NCBI GenBank assembly: GCA_963715335.1
Contig: CAVQRZ010000028.1
Coordinates: forward strand, 1 to 64,000
Source of the DNA: an uncultured delta proteobacterium
GTDB taxonomy: Bacteria; Desulfobacterota; Desulfuromonadia; Desulfuromonadales; BM103
DNA length: 64,000 nucleotides
Reading direction: 5' to 3'
In this document: positions 8,711-17,075 of the stretch, piece by piece
Position numbering within the stretch: the stretch's first letter is position 1
Layout: each line of letters starts with the position of its first letter
Program-made: the position numbers and the translations under genes
Notes under the pieces: model-generated
Seen by the model: only the letters and a program-made list of their open reading frames with translations
Database searches by the model: none
What the model was told of the DNA's origin: nothing

Positions 8711-10405
8711 TTACGAATTGGGGCTTCTCAACAGGGCTAGAAATTCAGTGTAACTGGAGGACATCAAGGCCCGTTCGCTCAAGCCCTCAGTGCGAAAGGT
8801 TGCCGCAATGTCGGCGAGGATCTCCAACTGTGCGCCGTTGTCATGCAGCGGGGCGAGGATCATGCAGATGATGCGTACCGGGATACCGTCCGGAGCATCG
8901 AAATCGACACCCTGGTGCGCCAGGCCGACCGCCACAAACGGCCGGTCGAGCCCTTCGAGTCGCGCGTGCGGCACCGCCACTCCCCTGCCGATGCCGGTCG
9001 CCATGAGCTGCTCACGGGAGAGCACAGCATCGGCGACCACATCGGGCGGCAACCCAACCAGCGCGGCAAGACGCCAGCTCAGTTCACGGATTACCGCCTC
9101 GCGGTCGCCAGCTTTGAGCTTTTTGAAAAAGGCATTGGCCGCAAGGTAATCGATCATCCGGCGCGGCCGCTTGAGATGCAGGATATACTGAAGCACCGGC
9201 CCGCTTAGAATCGAAGTGGCCAGCGCCATGACCACCAGCGAAACAAATACTGTCGAAGAGATCAGGTTGATCTGCAAGGCCAGAACACCGAGAATGATCC
9301 CCATTGTCCCCTGAGCGCTCATGCCGAAGCCAACAGCCCAAACTTCTCGTTGCGGCAGCCCACCCCAGTGACCGCCCAGAGAACTGCCCAACACTTTACC
9401 GGTTACGGCCAGGGCCATCAGCACCAGCGTCAACTGCAGGTTGAAATGGGCCAGGAAATCGACCCGCAGACCGATGCTGGCAAAAAACAACGGCGCGAAA
9501 ATGAAGGAGATGAACTGGTCAATGGTGGCGCGGGTCTGTTCGCGCAGGTGGCGTGACTGACCGAGGGCCACTCCGGCCAGAAAAGAACCGAAGATGGCAT
9601 GGATACCGAGCCACTCGGTGAAAGCGGCAGCGAACAGACAAAAGGAGAGTGCAAAGCCAAGCACTACTCCAGGACCACTAGTATAGGCCAGGGCAAATGC
9701 CAGAAGGTGGTTGATGACCCATGGCACGAGAGTCAGCATTATCAGGGTGAAACTGATCACTATGCCGATGGTCGTGCCGATCGGCAGCCCTTGCCCATGG
9801 ATGACACCCATCTGACCAAGGATGACGGCGAACACCAACCAACCGAGCAGGTCGTTAAGCACCGCGGCAGCGACCATGGTGACACCGAGTTCGCTGCGAT
9901 AGATATTGAGATCCATGAGAATCTTGACGATAATCGGCAGCGCCGAAATTGACAGCACCGTAGCCATAAACAAGGAAAACGCCAGGTGGTCGGTGCCCGC
10001 CTGCCAGCCTAACAGAGCCGGCAACCACCAAGCCGCGGCAAAGCCGAGGCCAAAAGGCAGCAGCATGCCGCAAAGTGCCACCGTCAAAGCCGCGCGTCCT
10101 CTACGCCAGACCGTGGCCAAATTGATTTCCATTCCAGCTACCAGCAAAAACAGGGCAATAGCCAGCGTAGTCAGGCCTTCCAGCATCAGTGCCCCGTTAC
10201 CCCGGGCCGGGAACAGGGCGGCGCTCAACCCGGGCGCCAAATGACCAAGCACGGTCTGTCCGAGCAATATGCCGGCGAGGATCTCACCGATCACCGACGG
10301 CAGGCTGAGTCTGCGGGCCATCTCGCCCAGTACCCTGGCGCTCAGGAGCAGGGTGCCGAGTGCCAGGAACATGGTGGTGATTTCGTGAGGTTGCAAGTTA
10401 TCCAC
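8711..10405 (-). CDS. Cation/H+ antiporter (CPA2-like) fused to a C-terminal PTS EIIA domain
   Basis: Many TM segments with IGEILAGILLG, AAAVLNDLLGW, APLFFASIG; C-terminal REQLMATGIGRGVAVPHAR and GVDFDAPDG. Confidence 0.9.
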   Translation of the reverse strand: MDNLQPHEITTMFLALGTLLLSARVLGEMARRLSLPSVIGEILAGILLGQTVLGHLAPGLSAALFPARGNGALMLEGLTTLAIALFLLVAGMEINLATVWRRGRAALTVALCGMLLPFGLGFAAAWWLPALLGWQAGTDHLAFSLFMATVLSISALPIIVKILMDLNIYRSELGVTMVAAAVLNDLLGWLVFAVILGQMGVIHGQGLPIGTTIGIVISFTLIMLTLVPWVINHLLAFALAYTSGPGVVLGFALSFCLFAAAFTEWLGIHAIFGSFLAGVALGQSRHLREQTRATIDQFISFIFAPLFFASIGLRVDFLAHFNLQLTLVLMALAVTGKVLGSSLGGHWGGLPQREVWAVGFGMSAQGTMGIILGVLALQINLISSTVFVSLVVMALATSILSGPVLQYILHLKRPRRMIDYLAANAFFKKLKAGDREAVIRELSWRLAALVGLPPDVVADAVLSREQLMATGIGRGVAVPHARLEGLDRPFVAVGLAHQGVDFDAPDGIPVRIICMILAPLHDNGAQLEILADIAATFRTEGLSERALMSSSYTEFLALLRSPNS

Positions 10406-10867
10406 GGCTGAAGTTCGGCAGGGGGTTCCTGTCCAAGGAGGCTCGAATAGACTAACTACAAGTCAATATATTGGTATGATATCTGATTTTCTCAACTGAG
10501 CTAGTGGAAACCATTAAAGAAAGATAAAAATACTTTATTTTCGGACAGGGTTTCTACCGGCATTCGGGCTATGGTGTTCAATACGACGGCTATTTTTGTC
10601 CCGGGCGTTGTAACTTTTGTGATCTTTCCACCAGGGCCTTCGATGGTTTTTTAACTATAGGCTTCCGAACGGCGAAATTGCTTAGCATCCTTCGTTCAAG
10701 AATAGTATCGAGTGAGATTGTCGTCGAAGCGGCCGAAGAATGCAAAGTGCCAAGCACAGAAATCCCCATCGACTTCGTAGTGGCTCTTGATGTATATTCT
10801 TCGTGTCTCCCTGAATGTTGGGGACTGGCAATTTGATGCGTAAGCGGTCGGAACCCAAACAAAAGTC

Positions 10868-11227
10868 ATGTCAAGTCTGTTGTATCGCCTGCATCCTTCT
10901 CCACGGCGAGTGAGATGCTGGCTCGGGCTTTTCGTCATCTCCTGTCTTTTTCTCAGTCACGGAGCCTGTACTAAAGAGACGCTTACAACGGCCCTGTCGT
11001 TGTCGCTGTCCACATTGCCGCCAGCGCAAGAGCAGTCAATCCTCCCCTATCCCAAACTGCAAATCGTTCATCTCCTGTCCGTTCAGTTTTACTCCGCATC
11101 ACCTGAGACATCGTTCCTGACGGACCCCGGTCCGTCGGCTCGCCGTTCCCAGTTCGACGACTTCCATCCTCATTCCTATACACTGGCGTGGCCATCCCAG
11201 TTTTTGCCGCGACCACCGAACTGCTGA
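10868..11227 (+). CDS. Small putatively exported leader protein ending in PRPP (candidate arrest peptide)
   Basis: Basic then hydrophobic N-terminus (RRVRCWLGLFVISCLFLSHGA), S/P/T-rich linker, C-terminal FLPRPPNC; directly upstream of secF; no clear RBS. Confidence 0.5.
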   Translation: MSSLLYRLHPSPRRVRCWLGLFVISCLFLSHGACTKETLTTALSLSLSTLPPAQEQSILPYPKLQIVHLLSVQFYSASPETSFLTDPGPSARRSQFDDFHPHSYTLAWPSQFLPRPPNC

Positions 11228-11367
11228 TCCCGCTATTCTCCTGTATCTAAAAGATAAGCATACGGCCGAGCCTTGCTACTCTTCGTCCCGAGGTCTCTCC
11301 CTTTGGCGGTGACTATCAGTGTGCCAGCCTGGAACAATCACAGCAGAACATTCAAGTGGAGCTATAT

Positions 11368-12297
11368 ATGGAACTCATCAGGCCGCAGACCAAGTTTGAC
11401 TTTGTTGGCAAAAATCGTTTTGCGGTGACCATCTCCTTGGTGGTCATCGCCGCAGGGCTGCTATCCCTGTTGCTCAAGGGTGGCCCCTCTTACGGAGTGG
11501 ATTTCGCCGGAGGGACACTGGTCCAGGTGCGGTTCGCTGAACCCCAGCGCAGCGACGATATCAAGGAAGCCCTGGCCGGGCTGGGGCTGAGCAATATTAC
11601 CGTCCAGCAGTTCGGCGATCGCGAGGGTGAATTTTTGATCCGAACTCCGGATGCAGACGACGAGACAGACCAATTCTCCAAACGCTTCGAGCAAGTGCTC
11701 ACAGACAGATATGGAGAGGGCAGGCTAGAAATCGTGCGCACAGAGATGGTCGGCCCCCAGGTTGGCAAGGATCTTCGACAAAAAGGGGCTATGGCGCTGA
11801 TTTACGCTATGGCCGGGACATTGATCTACATCGCCTGGCGATTCGATCTCCGTTTTGCCGTTGCTGCCATTGTCGCCCTGGTTCACGACGTGCTGATCAC
11901 CTTGGGATTTTTTTCAATCTTCGATAAGGACATCGACCTGCCGATCATTGCGGCTTTCTTGACAATCATCGGTTATTCCCTTAACGACACGATCATCATT
12001 TACGACCGGATTCGCGAACACCTCGGCAAAACCGCTGGAGAAGACTTTGCCGGCCTGGTCAACCGCAGCATCAACGAAACCCTGTCGCGAACGATTCTGA
12101 CCTCGGGGACCACCTTGCTGGTCGTTCTCTCCCTGTTCATTTTCGGTGGCGGCGTGATTCATGACTTTGCCTTCGCCTTGCTGGTTGGCATTATTTCGGG
12201 CACCTATTCCACCATTTTCGTGGCCAGCGCCCTGGTCCTGTTCTGGGAAAAGCACCATCCAGGCAAGATTCAGGCGGCCCTTCTTGGTCGCAGCTAG
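11368..12297 (+). CDS. secF: Protein translocase subunit SecF
   Basis: GVDFAGG, VGPQVGKDL, IIGYSLNDTIIIYDRIRE, SINETLSRTILTS, GTYSTIFVAS; probable ATG 11368. Confidence 0.95.
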   Translation: MELIRPQTKFDFVGKNRFAVTISLVVIAAGLLSLLLKGGPSYGVDFAGGTLVQVRFAEPQRSDDIKEALAGLGLSNITVQQFGDREGEFLIRTPDADDETDQFSKRFEQVLTDRYGEGRLEIVRTEMVGPQVGKDLRQKGAMALIYAMAGTLIYIAWRFDLRFAVAAIVALVHDVLITLGFFSIFDKDIDLPIIAAFLTIIGYSLNDTIIIYDRIREHLGKTAGEDFAGLVNRSINETLSRTILTSGTTLLVVLSLFIFGGGVIHDFAFALLVGIISGTYSTIFVASALVLFWEKHHPGKIQAALLGRS

Positions 12298-12358
12298 TTT
12301 TTGTCCAGCTGTATGGGTTTGAGAAAAGGCAACGGCGCCGGTCAGACGGTGCGGAGAG

Positions 12359-13132
12359 GTGGACATGGTTGAAGAGACGCGCTTGTCTATGGGCCTTCTG
12401 GAGAGCCTGCGAAGACGGCTGATGCTTGCCGGAGGCTGCTGGCTGGTCAGTTTCATTCTGCTGCTGAGCGTATCGGGTCGGCTCTTCAGCCTGGTCTCCG
12501 CACCCTTGCAGCGAGCCTTGCCGGCAGGTGGTTCGCTGGTGTTCCTCTCGGCGACGGAGCCCATATTGACTTATCTCACCGTTGCCGCCGTAACGGCTCT
12601 GGTCGTTTCGTTGCCGGTGGTGCTGTGGCAGCTCTGGGCGTTGATTGCTGAAACCGGTTCGGTTCAGACGCGCGGCGCCGGGGTGGTCTTCGCCCTGACC
12701 GGCTTTCTCGCATTTCTGGCTGGGGCATGGCTCGGGTTTTACTATGTCTTTCCCACCATCATCAAGGTGCTGCTGCGGATGGGCGAGGCCACTGGGGAAC
12801 TCGACGCCATGCTGTCGATGGGTGACTACCTGGCCCTGGCCATGAAAATGATGGTAGCCTTCGGACTGGTTTGTGAATTGCCGGTAGTTATGGTCGCCTT
12901 GTCCCGTATGCAACTTATCGATCGCGGCTGGTTCATCGCCAAGCGCAAATACATGGTCATCGTCGGTTTCGTCTTCGGTGCGGTCATCACTCCTGGGCCG
13001 GATGTCTTCTCCCAATGCTCGATCGCCATTCCTTTTGTTATCCTCTACGAGGTGGGCATTCTTGGTTGCCGCGTGTTTGGCCGGGGGGCCGCGCCCCCGG
13101 TTCAATCCCCGCGGATGACGCAGCCGTCGTAG
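12359..13132 (+). CDS. tatC: Divergent twin-arginine translocase subunit TatC paralog
   Basis: Six TM segments, LRRRL, SAPL, QLWALIA, AFGLVCELPV, ITPGPDVFSQ, LYE. Confidence 0.85.
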   Translation: MDMVEETRLSMGLLESLRRRLMLAGGCWLVSFILLLSVSGRLFSLVSAPLQRALPAGGSLVFLSATEPILTYLTVAAVTALVVSLPVVLWQLWALIAETGSVQTRGAGVVFALTGFLAFLAGAWLGFYYVFPTIIKVLLRMGEATGELDAMLSMGDYLALAMKMMVAFGLVCELPVVMVALSRMQLIDRGWFIAKRKYMVIVGFVFGAVITPGPDVFSQCSIAIPFVILYEVGILGCRVFGRGAAPPVQSPRMTQPS

Positions 13133-13183
13133 CGCTGCCTGCTGTTCGACGATGACTTATGGTCGGGTCCCGCAACTTCTTCT

Positions 13184-13852
13184 CTACCTGAAATCAGCGA
13201 TCACCGTTCCTGCCTGGCGGACTTCTTTTTCGTGCTCTTCATCTCGCCAGACTTCACCCAGTGCCGAATCATACCACTCCTTCATGGACGGCAGGGAAAG
13301 GAGTTTATGGGTGTATTGCAGAGATATCTCAGACAGTTTTGGCGCGTACGTTTGAACACGGAAGGCGACGGGGGCAAAAAACGCATCGACTGCAGTGAAC
13401 GACTCGCCGGTTAAAAATGCCCCGCCGAACCGAGAAAAGCCATCATTCCAGAGCTCATCGATGCGATCGAGGTCGTTAAGCAATGCCGGTGGACAGGGAT
13501 CAATCCGCACTCGCAAGCCACAGTTCATGGGGCAAATACCGCGCAGGCCTGAAAACCCGGAATGCATTTCCGCAGCAGCGGACCGCGCCCAAGCTCGTGC
13601 GCCCCTGTCTGCAGGCCATACATTGGGAAATTGCTCTGCCAGGTACTCGACAATGGCCAGTGAATCCCAGACCACGGTATTGCCGTCCATAAGGCAAGGG
13701 ACCTTTCCAGAAGGAGAGAATACGCGGAAGGCGTTTGTCTCGCCAAACGGACGCAATTCTTCCTGGAAGGGAATCCCCAGTTCGCGCAGGAGGACCCAGG
13801 GCCGCAGTGACCAGGAAGAGTAGTTCTTGTTGGCAATGTAGAGGCGAAACAT
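13184..13852 (-). CDS. Glutathione S-transferase family protein
   Basis: NKNYSSWSLRPW, SPSGKVPCL, VWDSLAIVEYLAE, AEMHSGF. Confidence 0.92.
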   Translation of the reverse strand: MFRLYIANKNYSSWSLRPWVLLRELGIPFQEELRPFGETNAFRVFSPSGKVPCLMDGNTVVWDSLAIVEYLAEQFPNVWPADRGARAWARSAAAEMHSGFSGLRGICPMNCGLRVRIDPCPPALLNDLDRIDELWNDGFSRFGGAFLTGESFTAVDAFFAPVAFRVQTYAPKLSEISLQYTHKLLSLPSMKEWYDSALGEVWRDEEHEKEVRQAGTVIADFR

Positions 13853-14136
13853 AAAAACCCTGTCGTATGATTAGTTCGCGGCCTGAAAAGTGGCCAAGGA
13901 ACAAAGATGCCATGAACTCTTTAGGATACTTCTAGCACCCGCTGTAAACTTTGCAACTTGTGACAAAATCGACGGGACAAGGCTCTCCTGATTTATCACC
14001 AAGCACGTTTCCTTGCCACAAGCTTTAATTGCCATAATTCTGAAAGATTTGACGTAAGAGAAAATGGCCACCCGGCAGATCCAGGTGGCCATCATTTTGT
14101 CTTCCTGAATGGCTATCAATAAGTCGCCTGTTTTCG

Positions 14137-14160
14137 TCCCGCAAGTCATGACTTGCGGGA
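14137..14160. repeat. Perfect 24-bp palindrome
   Basis: TCCCGCAAGTCATGACTTGCGGGA equals its own reverse complement. Confidence 0.8.
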
Positions 14161-14198
14161 ACAAGTCGACATCAATAACTGACTGCACAATAATCGAT

Positions 14199-15671
14199 TC
14201 AGCCCTTGTTCTGACTCTCTATCTCCATTTCCTCCCCAAGTCTTAGTACAGCCTCCAACAAACCGTCGACTTGCGATTGTTCTGCACGTGCCCCCACATA
14301 GCAGGGGCGAAGCGCTAACCGCCCTTTTACCCGGGTGGTACTGGGCATATATTGATTCTCCCTTACCAGACGGCGATGAAGTCTTTGGTTAAATTGGTCA
14401 AGGTCAGTAATCTTGGGGGAAACGTAACGAAAACAACAGATAGAAAGTGTCGGTTCAACCAGGACTTCCAGATTAGGATGCCCTTTTGCATATTGGGCAA
14501 GGTAGCGGGCCATCGCATTATGTCGTTTCACTCTCCGGCTCATCCCCTGAACACCAATTTCCCGAATCAATGCCCAAACCACAACCCCACGGCAAGGAGA
14601 ACTCAACTCGACGCCGAAATCAAAATAGGGGATACCAAAGTCGTCCATCGAGTGTTCTATCGCTGAGCAGGCAGTGTCCTCATGTTCTACTGACCCTTCC
14701 AGGTAGTCGGCTGGCTCTTGAGTAAATGCACGGTATAAAATCTGTCTGTCACGAACAAACGTAGCTGCTACGCCAACAGACGCGCCAAGCCATTTGTGAG
14801 GGTCAACAATAACCGAATCTGCCAAGTCAAGGCCTTTGAAGAGGTGGCTGACCTGTTCGTCCAAAATTCCGGGCAGGCCATAAGCCCCATCTACATGGAA
14901 CCAGATCGAATTTTCAGCGGCAATTTCACCCAGGACCTGTAGAGGGTCGATTGCTCCCGTGTTGGTCGTGCCCGCATTGGCGACAATGGCAACTGGCAGC
15001 CTTCCCGTTGCCTTGTCTTCTGCAATCGCTTGCCGTAAAGCCTCTGGTTGCATACGGCCCTTATTATCACAAGCGATCAACTTCACTGCATGCCGTCCGA
15101 GGCCCAAGACACCACAGGATCTCTGAATAGTGTGATGACACTCTTCGCTGGCATAAACGGAGGCCTGCCGGTTGACGCCATCCGCCGAAGGATCATGCCC
15201 GATCTTTTCAAATGCGGACTGTCGAGCCCCGCCCAGGGCAACGAGATTTGCAACTGAGCCACCACTGCTATAGACACCCTGCATGCTTTTAATGCCACAC
15301 ATTTCTGCCAACCATTGTAAAGACAGTTCTTCCAGAAAATTGAAAGCGGTATGCATATAGCGTTGCGGAGAAGCGATGCTTGCTGCAGCGGAAGCCAGTG
15401 TTGAGGCAGTCGTCGAACCGGTCGTAATGAAAGAGCTAAAGCCAGGTCTGGGAACCGGTGAACCGTTAGGAATAATTTGCTTGATGAGGTCCTGAGTGAC
15501 CTGCGCAATACCGACCCCCTGTTGAGGCAGGGGGATGTCTAAAAACTCACGCCAGTTATTGCCAGGGTGCAGTGCGTCTGGGTGTTCAAATTTTAAATAC
15601 TGATCCAGGCCAGCCCCCACCTGCGCCAATAATTTCTGTAAATTACCGGTCTCAGCCTGTTCATTAAACAT
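14199..15671 (-). CDS. Group II PLP-dependent amino acid decarboxylase
   Basis: SGGSVAN, AGTTNTGAIDPL, WFHVDGAYG, DPHKW (PLP lysine); probable ATG 15671 with RBS GGGAG. Confidence 0.9.
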   Translation of the reverse strand: MFNEQAETGNLQKLLAQVGAGLDQYLKFEHPDALHPGNNWREFLDIPLPQQGVGIAQVTQDLIKQIIPNGSPVPRPGFSSFITTGSTTASTLASAAASIASPQRYMHTAFNFLEELSLQWLAEMCGIKSMQGVYSSGGSVANLVALGGARQSAFEKIGHDPSADGVNRQASVYASEECHHTIQRSCGVLGLGRHAVKLIACDNKGRMQPEALRQAIAEDKATGRLPVAIVANAGTTNTGAIDPLQVLGEIAAENSIWFHVDGAYGLPGILDEQVSHLFKGLDLADSVIVDPHKWLGASVGVAATFVRDRQILYRAFTQEPADYLEGSVEHEDTACSAIEHSMDDFGIPYFDFGVELSSPCRGVVVWALIREIGVQGMSRRVKRHNAMARYLAQYAKGHPNLEVLVEPTLSICCFRYVSPKITDLDQFNQRLHRRLVRENQYMPSTTRVKGRLALRPCYVGARAEQSQVDGLLEAVLRLGEEMEIESQNKG

Positions 15672-15963
15672 AACGACTCCCCTGTAGTGAGAATAAACGA
15701 CCAGCAGAACTTGGCATGGTTCTCCAGTGGACAGCGTTTTGAGTTCCAAAGTACAAGTTACTACCAATTAAAGACCAGTCAAGTCACCTATTGGATTGAT
15801 TGAAAATTGATGGCATCCAAACAGTTAACCAGGGCGGTTTTCCAATAACCCCTGACGAATAAGAAACGGCCACCCGAAATCGATCCGGTTGGCCAGTGTT
15901 TTGTCCTCATAAAGGGCTCTATCAATGACACGCCTGCTTTCATCCTGGCAGGCGTGACTGTAA

Positions 15964-16161
15964 GAAAAAAACCCCACAGCTCTGGAGGTAGAGACTGTGG
16001 GGCAAGCTTTTCTATGTTTAGGAGGTTTTGAAGAAGATTATCTCTGACCCGCCTGCCACAGCAGGCCTTCGATGGTTGTTAATTTATCGAATCCTTCAAT
16101 AAAAAGATACGTGGTGTCTGGTAAAAATTGACTCTACATCACACGAAAATGAACTGTGCAA
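15964..16161 (-). ncRNA. Putative sRNA, copy A of a CCTCC-motif family
   Basis: Minus strand GGGTC..ACCTCCT..GCCCCACAG-tctctaCCTCCagag-CTGTGGGG-T run; homologous to 28262-28465 and 57731-57822; 5' end uncertain. Confidence 0.55.
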
Positions 16162-16290
16162 TGACGCACTACCGAGGATCCGATTGATAGCGATCAAGTC
16201 CGCGCCTATTTAAGTCTTGGCAGTGGAGATAAACAATAATTGCAGCGTAACTCAACAGTGCGCTTCTTCATGTCAGCTGGACTCGTCTTT

Positions 16291-16692
16291 TTAATCACGG
16301 TCTCCCAAAAAATCCCCCGAAGCGATTACTGGCAACCCTTCGGTAGGCCGATTGTATAAATAGACCCATGCCGGCAGCTTTTGGCCGGGGCCTAGGACTA
16401 CTTCCTGCTTTACGCGCACATACTCCGTGGGTTCAGTGGCCATGGGGCCACACCCTTCGTACTGATCAAGGGTGGAAAGTAGTCTCGCAGGCTCATGGAG
16501 GGAGTATACCTCACCTTTCACCTGCTGAGTTGGGTCGTCTGAAGGTACGGTGCCAGGGTAGTCGTCAATTCTGTACAGTCGACCCTGGTATGTTGCTTCG
16601 CCCACAAAAACCGCACAGCGAGCGAGGAGATGGTACATCTCGCTTGCTGTATCTCTTCTCAGGGTGCCATATACGAACAAGTACTCCAGCAT
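16291..16692 (-). CDS. Gamma-glutamylcyclotransferase (AIG2-like) family protein
   Basis: LFVYGTLR, VKGEVY, LDQYEG, AWVYLY. Confidence 0.9.
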   Translation of the reverse strand: MLEYLFVYGTLRRDTASEMYHLLARCAVFVGEATYQGRLYRIDDYPGTVPSDDPTQQVKGEVYSLHEPARLLSTLDQYEGCGPMATEPTEYVRVKQEVVLGPGQKLPAWVYLYNRPTEGLPVIASGDFLGDRD

Positions 16693-16850
16693 TTCCCCTT
16701 ATCCTTCAATCCTCACACTTGTTGGCAGAAATGCGAGATTCCTGCTAACCATGCATGCTGAGAAACCAACACGACCATGCAGTTTCAAAATGGGACTCAC
16801 AGGGTTGCCAGTTCTATCTTTCAACGCGAGATTACAAATACCTTTTTGAA

Positions 16851-17075
16851 CTAGCGAAGCGGATCGAACAGGGATTCGAGACCGTTTAATTTTATCTCGT
16901 AGACAGCGCGCAGTCTTCTCCCAAGCGGCCCCTCCGGGAAGCCCTGGTTGGCGAACCAGACCAGGTAATTCTCCGGCAGGTCAATGAGCCGGCGGCCCTG
17001 GTATTTGCCGAACGGCATGCGCGCTTGTGCCAGATCCACAAGCTCCTTGTGTCCGGAATCGACATCACTGCTCAT
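16851..17075 (-). CDS. DUF3820 family protein
   Basis: MPFGKYQGRRLIDLPENYLVWF..GFP..EIKLNGLE. Confidence 0.9.
   Translation of the reverse strand: MSSDVDSGHKELVDLAQARMPFGKYQGRRLIDLPENYLVWFANQGFPEGPLGRRLRAVYEIKLNGLESLFDPLR

Noticed and set aside
10590..10938. Minus-strand ORFs upstream of the antiporter
   Set aside because: Short, overlapping and without recognisable similarity; a remnant cannot be excluded
14064..14092. Recurring GGCCACC..GGTGGCC hairpins (also near 15868, 24072 and 56515) as a repeat family
   Set aside because: Similarity is limited to a 7-9 bp GC stem and most lie just after genes, so ordinary terminators suffice
13871..14188. 105-aa minus-strand ORF between the decarboxylase and GST
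   Set aside because: No recognisable motif or RBS, and it crosses two hairpins
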